The notes beneath the pieces are model-generated. The model had not been told where the DNA came from. It saw nothing but the letters and a program-made list of their open reading frames with translations, and made no database searches. A DNA stretch of 38,759 bases from a virus: positions 1 to 38,759 of IMG/VR virus record IMGVR_UViG_3300038956_000256; one strand, 5' to 3'. The translations under genes were made by a program, and so were the position numbers. Below, piece after piece: positions 24,652-31,717 of this stretch. The stretch's first letter is position 1, and every line of letters starts with the position of its first letter.

Positions 24652-26754
24652 TTATTTTACTAATTTTAAGGTGCTCTGCGTCGGGCTCATTATATCGCCT
24701 TTCTGCTTCATCTTCTTAATTAAACCCTCAGGGTCTTTTATGCCAGCCTCCAGGCTCATTTCGATGACTCTGTCGAGCTTTGCTTCCTGATTGACTATAT
24801 CGGCTTTAGAGAGCCTCTCTATAATTTCCCTGATCTTCTTTATGTTTGACCTCTGACTCCCTGACGTCCCAGCCTCGATAATAGTCGCGTCAAGCTCTCC
24901 GGTATCCGGGTCGATTCCTACCTGGCTTAAATTGTCCATTAGGAGCTTGCAGGCAGCGACCGCATCTTTTAGGTCCACGGTAGAGGATAACCTCATTCTT
25001 GCGTGAGCTGTTGCGAGCCTTCGGGCTGCATGTAGAGCTCTAACCGTCACGGGTACGGAGTCCTTTATCTTGCTGCTTGCGTTCCTGGTTGACACGTAGA
25101 ATTTTGCTATGTAGTCCCTAGCCTCTGGCGTCATTACCGGGAAGCAGTGTGTTTTCGCATAAGCTATGTATTTCCTGAGCAATTCAAGATCTATTAAACC
25201 CGGCCCGTTTCCGTCGGTCCTCTCGTCCAGAACGTATAAGGCCAGCTTCTCGTCGAAGGTCTGGTCTGGCACGTCACGGATAACATAAAGTAAATCCATT
25301 CTGGAGAGGAGAGCGTCCCCTAGATTAAATTGAGTTGCTATACTTTCGTATTGATCATACCGCCCATACTTTGGATTTGCAGCTCCAAGGAAAGCGCATT
25401 GAGTCGGCAAGTGTGCAAAGACTCCAGCTTTAGCGATGTCGACGCATTGCTGTTCTAAAGCTCCGTGGATCATAGACCTATCATTTTCTTTCATTTTATC
25501 GACTTCGTCAACGCAGCAGATACCTCCCTCGAAGTCCTCGGACCCGCTTACCATAGTGAGGGCCCCGGCTTCAATCGCCCATCTACCATCGAAATCGTCA
25601 TGTACCGCCGCGCCAGTCAACCCGGCACCGCTCGCAGACTGCCCGGAAACCATTATCGCCCGTGGTGCGAAATCGGCAACAAATTTTAGAATCTGGCTTT
25701 TTGCGATACCTGGGTCGCCTACTAATAGAATATGAATGTCCCCGCGCTGCCACGTCCCGTCGTTAAGCCGCCGCCCGGTCCCTGAAAATAGCTGTAAAGC
25801 GACTCCCTGCTTAACGTTTTCCATCCCGAAGATGGAAGGAGCGATAGAGTTATAAATTATTTTGTCGATGTTCGGCTTCTTCGAAAGCTCGAGGATCTGC
25901 TTTTCCTCCTCCTGGCTTATCGGGATGTTCTCGAAATCCCTGGTACTTTTCATTATCGAGTTAGCCACCAGGATAAAATCTAGAAACCTTGTTTTTTTTC
26001 CGTCTTTCTTTACCCTCGGGCGTCCCTGCAGGACTCCGACGATTACGACTTTATCGCCAGGCTTGCAGGCACCGGCAAGTTCCTCGCTGCAGGCAACGTA
26101 TAGAAACTCGGGTTGTCTGCCTCTGAGCGTGTCTAGTGGTTCCTGGATCTTTAGGATCTGATAGTCGATATATTCGCTTTCATCCTCTTTGATCTTGAAA
26201 GGCCCTTTCTTTCCGCAGGTGTCGTTATCGCAGCCCGCGAAAGGTTCCTGCAGGGCGTCTGTCTCTTCGCTCTGCTCTACTATTGTAACATGTCCGCAGC
26301 GTAGACACTGAAAAGCCGTTTTAGTCCTGACTGGTCTTATCTCCGTGGCTTTAGAGACCACACCGAGGACCGATATCAGCTTATTAAGGTGTTCTTTCCT
26401 GAGCCTGCTTATAGGTATCTGCCATGCGTCAGGCATGGAAGTTATACGGACTTCAATATCTGGCAGGTCTGTAGTCGGAAAAGACATACTAGCGATTGCC
26501 TCTTTAGCTGCGCTAAAAAACGTGTTCGGGTTATTTATTAGATACTCCGCAAGGTCTAAGTCGTAATTTTCGACATGTCTATACTCTACGTATAAGCTTT
26601 TAGTTTCCGGGTACTCATAGCATAATTTCAAAAGTTCTTCCCAGTAGTTACCGGGGACTCTTTTCTCACCAGGTTTCGCGAAGTTGAAAACCTGATCTTT
26701 ACTAAAAAATCTAGGGAGGGTAACCTCCGCTAGGGTTTTAAAATTATATTCCAT
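24652..26754 (-). CDS. mcm: MCM replicative helicase
   Basis: Zinc finger CLRC...CDNDTC, Walker A GDPGIAKSQ, Walker B CVDEVDKM, AANPKYGRY, arginine finger SRMD, TVRAL. Confidence 0.97.
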   Translation of the reverse strand: MEYNFKTLAEVTLPRFFSKDQVFNFAKPGEKRVPGNYWEELLKLCYEYPETKSLYVEYRHVENYDLDLAEYLINNPNTFFSAAKEAIASMSFPTTDLPDIEVRITSMPDAWQIPISRLRKEHLNKLISVLGVVSKATEIRPVRTKTAFQCLRCGHVTIVEQSEETDALQEPFAGCDNDTCGKKGPFKIKEDESEYIDYQILKIQEPLDTLRGRQPEFLYVACSEELAGACKPGDKVVIVGVLQGRPRVKKDGKKTRFLDFILVANSIMKSTRDFENIPISQEEEKQILELSKKPNIDKIIYNSIAPSIFGMENVKQGVALQLFSGTGRRLNDGTWQRGDIHILLVGDPGIAKSQILKFVADFAPRAIMVSGQSASGAGLTGAAVHDDFDGRWAIEAGALTMVSGSEDFEGGICCVDEVDKMKENDRSMIHGALEQQCVDIAKAGVFAHLPTQCAFLGAANPKYGRYDQYESIATQFNLGDALLSRMDLLYVIRDVPDQTFDEKLALYVLDERTDGNGPGLIDLELLRKYIAYAKTHCFPVMTPEARDYIAKFYVSTRNASSKIKDSVPVTVRALHAARRLATAHARMRLSSTVDLKDAVAACKLLMDNLSQVGIDPDTGELDATIIEAGTSGSQRSNIKKIREIIERLSKADIVNQEAKLDRVIEMSLEAGIKDPEGLIKKMKQKGDIMSPTQSTLKLVK

Positions 26755-26768
26755 TGCACCAGCTCCAT

Positions 26769-27332
26769 TTACAGATTATAAAAGAATCTGACCTCCTCTT
26801 CCGAAGGTCTGTACTTGTGTTCAGTGATAAACGCCTTAATATCTTTTGCAGGTATGCCGGTAAGAAGCTCCAGCCTCTTAAAGTGATGAGCTCCCATATT
26901 GCGTCGGTGGAGTTCCAGTATATTCATAGTTTCGACGACTGCCTGTTCCCTGTTGATTTTTGCGAGCTGTGCTTCTTCATGATGCTTACTTGCCTGGGCT
27001 TCGAGCTCCTTTATTCTGTGAAGCTTCGCGGCCCTTTGAGCCTGCAGTATTTCTAACTGCTCGTCTATCTTCCTTATATCGTCTTGAAGCTGGGGAATTT
27101 CGGACTTATAAGCCGTAATTTTGTCTAAAAGAGCATTCCGTATAATAGAGGACCTGCTTTCTGGTAAGTGCTCGGCGGCGTCCCATATCCATTTTTCGAT
27201 TTGGAAAGACCTTTGAATTTTTACCCGGTTCTCTGGTAGTATTGCGTCGACCTCCCCCTCCAGGGTAAAACCCGGCGAGGCGTCCAGATTAGTTATAATT
27301 TCATTTAAGTTTATACCTTTCTTTTCTTTCAT
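26769..27332 (-). CDS. DNA-binding protein (RHH-like segment plus coiled coil), candidate replication initiator or MCM loader
   Basis: RSFQIEKWIWDAAEHLPESRSSIIRNALL RHH pattern; long coiled coil; lies between the palindrome array and mcm. Confidence 0.55.
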   Translation of the reverse strand: MKEKKGINLNEIITNLDASPGFTLEGEVDAILPENRVKIQRSFQIEKWIWDAAEHLPESRSSIIRNALLDKITAYKSEIPQLQDDIRKIDEQLEILQAQRAAKLHRIKELEAQASKHHEEAQLAKINREQAVVETMNILELHRRNMGAHHFKRLELLTGIPAKDIKAFITEHKYRPSEEEVRFFYNL

Positions 27333-27371
27333 TTAAATTGGCTCCATGTCTGGTTTTTAGTTGCTAGTCGG

Positions 27372-27462
27372 TATACGAAGTCGTATAAACGTTAATTATA
27401 CGACTTCGTATAAACTACAATTATACGAGACAGTATAATCATAATCTATACTGCCTAGTATA
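27372..27462. repeat. Array of four TATAC-N6-GTATA palindromes with an exact 25-bp period (candidate replication origin/iterons)
   Basis: Boxes start at 27372, 27397, 27422 and 27447; boxes 1 and 2 form a perfect 17-bp inverted repeat with a 7-bp spacer. Confidence 0.85.
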
Positions 27463-27467
27463 ATCGG

Positions 27468-27626
27468 TTATACTATTTCCTTCTCTGGGAAGTCTCTGGG
27501 AAAATTCTGCTTAAAGAACTTCTCTACGAGCTTGTTAATATGCAAATTGTTTCTATCTGCGATCTGCCGCAGAGATGTATAAAACTCCTCGTCTACTGTT
27601 ATTGTTTTGGTTCCTTTCCTAGACAT
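27468..27626 (-). CDS. Ribbon-helix-helix (CopG-like) regulator, 52 aa, not in the ORF track
   Basis: AGGTGGT RBS; MSRKGTKTITVDEEFYTSLRQIADRNNLHINKLVEKFF. Confidence 0.8.
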   Translation of the reverse strand: MSRKGTKTITVDEEFYTSLRQIADRNNLHINKLVEKFFKQNFPRDFPEKEIV

Positions 27627-27652
27627 TAGTACCACCTTCTTATATTATTACA

Positions 27653-27672
27653 ATACGTACATATGTACGTAT
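27653..27672. promoter_or_regulatory. 20-bp perfect palindromic operator between a TATA box and the RHH gene
   Basis: ATACGTACATATGTACGTAT; minus-strand AGAAAGTTTTATATATG promoter immediately upstream. Confidence 0.8.
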
Positions 27673-27895
27673 CATATATAAAACTTTCTATTTATGTCTG
27701 AAAGTGAAATATTCCAATAAATCGAAACACCTATTCAATATAAAGACATATTATATAATATAGAGGAATTATATTATTCAAAAATCGTTATCTGTTTCCG
27801 TTATTTTTAACCTTTTATTTTTAGAAAAACTTCTATAAATAAAAACGTCATTCACGGAAGTTATAAATAATAAAAAAGGTTATTTTGATATTAAG

Positions 27896-27953
27896 AGCGG
27901 GTTTTATGGTGGTTGCGAAGGGTGGCTCCAGGTCTGGCACCATAAAGCCCGCT
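27896..27953. other. 16-bp stem hairpin in a non-coding region
   Basis: AGCGGGTTTTATGGTG / CACCATAAAGCCCGCT, one G-U pair on the plus strand, 26-nt loop. Confidence 0.65.
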
Positions 27954-28094
27954 AAACTGCCTATTTTTTAAGGTCTTAAACCCTAGAGTGTACGCTCTCT
28001 AAGTTTTCCAGTGTCTCCTATACATCTTTCACGCGGGGGATTATTGAGGCCCTAAGCCTCAAATATAGAACCATCTTACACATATTTATACGTT

Positions 28095-28130
28095 TTTCAG
28101 ATAGTGCTATTATAATAGCACTATCTGAAA
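28095..28130. repeat. 36-bp perfect palindrome
   Basis: TTTCAGATAGTGCTATTA|TAATAGCACTATCTGAAA; half-site ATAGTGCT repeated at 28141. Confidence 0.95.
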
Positions 28131-28187
28131 TAGCCCGCTTATAGTGCTTTTTTCTCAGCATACCGCGGGCGCAGGCCCCCTTCCCCC

Positions 28188-28604
28188 TTATGCGGTCCTC
28201 GCTACCCTGGGAGCTGTCCCCGTGGAAATTGAGATCCTATCAAATAAAGCAGGCCAGGAAACAGTCTTCGCCCCCTGGAATTGAGGAAATAATAAAGAAG
28301 CTTTTATAATCCGAGTCGAGACAACTTTCTCGCCTTCGTGGACCAGGAGAATATAAACCCCGTCGTTTTCGATTAGCTCATCATGTTGAGAGCCTTTGAA
28401 CCAAAAACGCCCGGATCTCTCGCCCGTGTAACTATTTATTGTCCTCTGGCAGCTCTTTACCTCGGCAGGTTTCCCGTTAAAAGTGAGTATACCGTCGATT
28501 TCTTCGCCTAAATATTCGAACTCTGGCAGTTTTTCTTTTAGCATGTTTTCGCATAAAATCCCGTTATGGTATGCGATCGACGCACTTTCAGGGGTTGGGG
28601 TCAT
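28188..28604 (-). CDS. PD-(D/E)xK nuclease-fold protein
   Basis: EEIDGILTFNGKPAEVKSCQ (D...EVK) followed by GRFWF..SQH. Confidence 0.65.
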   Translation of the reverse strand: MTPTPESASIAYHNGILCENMLKEKLPEFEYLGEEIDGILTFNGKPAEVKSCQRTINSYTGERSGRFWFKGSQHDELIENDGVYILLVHEGEKVVSTRIIKASLLFPQFQGAKTVSWPALFDRISISTGTAPRVARTA

Positions 28605-28876
28605 TTTGCGACCCCCTGAGTATAAACCCTTTCCAGGTCCTCGGACAGCTCTAAGAGCTGGAGCCTTTCTTCGATTGATATGTTAGCATCTTTAGCCCGG
28701 TAGATATTCCCGCCTTTCAGGTCAATAACTAGCCAGTCCTGACAGGGAACCGACGGGTCTATATGGACCTCAGTATTTTCTGCCAGTTTCATTTTTGCCG
28801 TGGCTTTTGAAGGACTTATATTAATTTCAGGGTGCAGGCCCTTAAGCTCTTTGAGTGCCTTTTCTTCCTCAAACAT
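28601..28876 (-). CDS. Hypothetical protein
   Basis: 91 aa; GGAGG RBS; overlaps neighbouring genes. Confidence 0.7.
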   Translation of the reverse strand: MFEEEKALKELKGLHPEINISPSKATAKMKLAENTEVHIDPSVPCQDWLVIDLKGGNIYRAKDANISIEERLQLLELSEDLERVYTQGVAK

Positions 28877-28985
28877 TCTCGGACCCCTCCTCGGTATAAT
28901 CTGCCAGGCAGAGGTCGCGTATTTTCAAAGCCTGTTCAAAGCTGTTATTTAGCTGTTCTCTTCCGTTTCTGTTCTCTGCTTCCAT
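28869..28985 (-). CDS. Small hypothetical protein (38 aa, not in the ORF track)
   Basis: GTGGAG RBS; MEAENRNGREQLNNSFEQALKIRDLCLADYTEEGSENV; fills the operon gap. Confidence 0.45.
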   Translation of the reverse strand: MEAENRNGREQLNNSFEQALKIRDLCLADYTEEGSENV

Positions 28986-29005
28986 AGTCTCCACTCTCTG
29001 AGGTT

Positions 29006-29356
29006 TTACAAAATAGTGTCAAAAATCAATGACTCTGACCGGCGAGGAGTTGCGAAACTTAGGGATTTTATATCATCCCATAGCCGCATATTTGCAGCTA
29101 CGCGGGCCCCTAACTCTGTCGGCATGATCCCCATAATGTGAAGATCATAAACGACGTTTTCTTCTGGCTCGCTTTCGGTCCGTAGTACCTGCCCGATAGC
29201 GTCCAGTATGCCGGTCAAATCGGTTTCTCTAAAATAAACTTTTTTATCATCTTCGAACCTGGACCCCACGGAGGCCGGGAGATCCTGGAGCAGATCAAAT
29301 TTAATTTTTTTAACTTTTGGTCTGGTCTGTAGTATATCGCTAACGGGTGGCTTCAT
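29006..29356 (-). CDS. Hypothetical protein
   Basis: 116-aa ORF. Confidence 0.7.
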   Translation of the reverse strand: MKPPVSDILQTRPKVKKIKFDLLQDLPASVGSRFEDDKKVYFRETDLTGILDAIGQVLRTESEPEENVVYDLHIMGIMPTELGARVAANMRLWDDIKSLSFATPRRSESLIFDTIL

Positions 29357-29414
29357 CTGACATCATCTCGTAATTTTTTAAGCACGCGGGGGAAGTGCTA
29401 TAAAGGTTGCTGGA

Positions 29415-29487
29415 TACTCCCGCCCGGATTCGAACCGAGGGTCGAGGGGTCCAAAGCCCCCCAGGCTTGACCGTTACCCACGGGAGT
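29415..29487 (-). tRNA. tRNA-Gln (anticodon UUG), archaeal type, slightly atypical D-arm
   Basis: ACTCCCG/CGGGAGT acceptor stem with A1-U72, anticodon arm GGGGG-CTTTGGA-CCCCT, T-arm CTCGG-TTCGAAT-CCGGG; followed by A-TCCA. Confidence 0.88.
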
Positions 29488-29629
29488 AAGAAGGCCCCCA
29501 GGATCGGGGGCGAGTTTTTACCTTAAAATAAAGAGATATTGCTGACTTATTTTTTTAATGTGGTTGATTTTGTACTGGTGGTTTCGGTTGCTGGTTTTTT
29601 GCGATCCCTCCTGTACTTTTATTATTTTG

Positions 29630-29689
29630 TGCAGCCGCCTGGATTCGAACCGGGCCCTTTTAGGGTGCCTATCGTTTATTAACGGCTAC
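29630..29689 (-). ncRNA. tRNA-like mini-RNA (acceptor stem and T-arm, no canonical D or anticodon arm)
   Basis: GTAGCCG...CCCGG-TTCGAAT-CCAGG-CGGCTGC-A; 7-bp acceptor stem; only 28 nt between the acceptor 5' strand and the T-arm. Confidence 0.65.
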
Positions 29690-29913
29690 ATGGTGGGAGC
29701 CCCGAGGGGCTCCTTATCCTGGTGTTTTGGACTTATGCAAATTTAGGAAGCATTTATCGTTATTTTCTTTAATTTTCGGTTAATCGACAACATTGTCGAT
29801 ACCTTTAAATACATATTCAATTAATATGATATGATTGGTGTCTCATCTGACACACCCGGAGTCTAAAATCGCGGGGGGAACGCTTTTTTAAAACTCCGGG
29901 GTATCATTGTTAT

Positions 29914-30063
29914 TTAGAGACCCTCTTCTTTTCTGATCGCCTGGCAACCTTTGAATATAATATATCTGATTGTCTCGCTCTGGTTTTTGTGGCCGAAGTA
30001 CTTTTTAAATCGCTCTACATCGTCCAAGGTCTCTGGTACTAAATACACGCTGGTTATTGGTAT
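29914..30063 (-). CDS. Ribbon-helix-helix regulator apparently starting at a non-AUG codon (ATA)
   Basis: GGAGG RBS 7 nt before ATA; (M)PITSVYLVPETLDDVERFKKYFGHKNQSETIRYIIFKG; no in-frame ATG/GTG/TTG upstream before the TAA at 30136-30138. Confidence 0.7.
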   Translation of the reverse strand: MPITSVYLVPETLDDVERFKKYFGHKNQSETIRYIIFKGCQAIRKEEGL

Positions 30064-30265
30064 AATAAAGCCTCCTGTTCTGTGTGTACCTCTCAGAGGT
30101 GTATTTACTCTATACGCTGATATCCTATATAAATCTTATTAAATGTGCTTGTAATCTTATACACATCTTAGTAGAAGTTAATAAGATTAACATTATTTTA
30201 GTTTGTTAGAGCAGATCTCATTAAAAACGGATAGGTTCTTATTATAAACCAGTTTTATTTTTCGT

Positions 30266-30321
30266 TATGGAGGAAAGTGTATGGAGGAAAGAGTATGGAG
30301 GAATGTGTATGGAGGAAAGTT
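30266..30321 (+). repeat. Four tandem 14-bp repeats TATGGAGGAAAGTG, each containing ATG and GGAGG
   Basis: Units at 30266, 30280, 30294 and 30308. Confidence 0.95.
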
Positions 30322-30548
30322 TAAAGAAGGCAAAGTTAAGCGCGACCATAAGCCCTTATTTAAAAACCTGGATGCTTGACAGGGTCAATAATAAAGACTT
30401 CGTTTCGACTTCGGAAATAACCGAGTTGGCGATCGCAGAATTTAAAAGAGGATATGAAAGTTACAAGGAAATACAGAAAATGAGAGACGAGATAGAAGAA
30501 TTAAAAGCTCGCCTCGACTCTCTGCAGAAATCTGTAAAAGGAAAATAA
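30309..30548 (+). CDS. Ribbon-helix-helix regulator with C-terminal coiled coil (alternative in-frame start 30267)
   Basis: KLSATISPYLKTWMLDRV...FVSTSEITELAIAEF RHH pattern; divergent from the 30063 RHH gene. Confidence 0.7.
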   Translation: MEESLKKAKLSATISPYLKTWMLDRVNNKDFVSTSEITELAIAEFKRGYESYKEIQKMRDEIEELKARLDSLQKSVKGK

Positions 30549-30569
30549 ATATTATATTTCTTGTTGTCG

Positions 30570-30890
30570 TTAATCTTTTACTGCGTCCAGGACCATTTTT
30601 CCGAGCTCATGGAGCTCTGCCTCTGTATAACCTCCTGCTTTGAGCTCTGCGCCTCTCTTAAGGATCTTCCCAGCCTCATATATTGAAACGTTACCAAGAG
30701 ACTTATATACCTCAGCTTCCAGGCTCTTATAATCACTTATGAGTTTAGCGTTTTCGCATTCAAGCTTTTTGAGCTTATCCTCCAGATCTGCAGGCAGGAC
30801 TTTAAAGCCCTTTGTTTTTAAGAATCCATACAGCGCCAGGATGACGGTAAAACCGCCACCGAGCAACCCATCTAGGAAAGATATTTCCAT
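30570..30890 (-). CDS. Membrane-anchored coiled-coil protein (lysis accessory or holin-like candidate)
   Basis: One N-terminal TM helix and a coiled coil; last gene of the putative lysis operon. Confidence 0.6.
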   Translation of the reverse strand: MEISFLDGLLGGGFTVILALYGFLKTKGFKVLPADLEDKLKKLECENAKLISDYKSLEAEVYKSLGNVSIYEAGKILKRGAELKAGGYTEAELHELGKMVLDAVKD

Positions 30891-30896
30891 TTTTAA

Positions 30897-31115
30897 TCAC
30901 TTCCTGGTTAAACATTCTTTTATATCCGATACCTTTAAGCCCGCTATCAATCCGATTATAAAAGCAACCGGAAGGAGTAAAGTACCATCCTGCCCGGTTA
31001 CTATGAGCTGATACTCCATCGAAGCAATGGCATAGATAGCCCCTAACCTGACGATCTTTTCGACGATCTGGACCGCGTCTTCTGATAATTCTGGTAATGT
31101 TAAACCTAGCCTCAT
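30897..31115 (-). CDS. Small two-TM membrane protein, holin candidate
   Basis: 72 aa, two hydrophobic helices, basic C-terminus; GAGG RBS. Confidence 0.5.
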   Translation of the reverse strand: MRLGLTLPELSEDAVQIVEKIVRLGAIYAIASMEYQLIVTGQDGTLLLPVAFIIGLIAGLKVSDIKECLTRK

Positions 31116-31159
31116 AATGTAGCCTCACTATATCGTTTTTAAAAATAAATCCAAGGGGT

Positions 31160-31714
31160 TTAGCCCATAACCTGACGATCTTTCTTAACGTAAATTTCGA
31201 TTTCTTGAACTGTATTTTTAATTTTATTTTTTATGTTCTCCGCGTCTGTCTCCGAAGCGCAGGGGATAACGAGATAAGCTATAATTTCCGGGTCTCCTGG
31301 GTCTTCTGGCTCCTCCGGGTCTTCGACTGTTTCCATAGAGTAAGTATAAGAAACGTAACGAATCCTAGTTCTTATCTTAGTGTCCGAGGTCGTAAGGTAC
31401 CACCTTAAAACGATACTCTCCCCAGCTTCCGCCTCGAAGTCTACCGCCTTTTTTTGCTCCTCATATTGGAGCTTAGTACCTTCGAAAACTGCGATAGTCG
31501 TTTCCTCTCCTTCTCCAGCCTGGGCCGTTACCGTAGCCGTACAAATTGCCCCGGCTCCGTCTACTGCAATAAAAAGTGAGAGCTCCTCTAATTTTATTTT
31601 CTTCCCGGTCTCGCCTTTGATTGTTTCGGTTTTTTGTAAGCAGTTTCTTTTCACTTTGTCGCATTTTACATATATAGTTGAGTAAACGCGGTTAGTGTCC
31701 GTTATTGTGGGCAT
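31160..31714 (-). CDS. Beta-rich protein with an acidic Pro-linker and small C-terminal domain
   Basis: EDPEEPEDPGDPE linker; co-transcribed with the 31718 beta-helix gene. Confidence 0.7.
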   Translation of the reverse strand: MPTITDTNRVYSTIYVKCDKVKRNCLQKTETIKGETGKKIKLEELSLFIAVDGAGAICTATVTAQAGEGEETTIAVFEGTKLQYEEQKKAVDFEAEAGESIVLRWYLTTSDTKIRTRIRYVSYTYSMETVEDPEEPEDPGDPEIIAYLVIPCASETDAENIKNKIKNTVQEIEIYVKKDRQVMG

Positions 31715-31717
31715 GCT

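Noticed and set aside
27372-27462. The 25-bp periodic array or the 14-bp tandem repeat (30266-30321) as a mini-CRISPR array
   Set aside because: Variable parts are only 6-9 nt or absent, far below spacer length; no cas genes or leader
29415-29487. tRNA-Gln as the integration (att) site
   Set aside because: Element genes continue on both sides, the recombinase is 15 kb away and no duplicated 3' segment of this tRNA was found
29555-29605. Gln-rich micro-ORF (ATC start, AKNQQPKPPVQNQPH) just upstream of tRNA-Gln
   Set aside because: Non-canonical start only 1-2 nt from the RBS-like motif, 16 codons, easily chance in an A/C-rich tract
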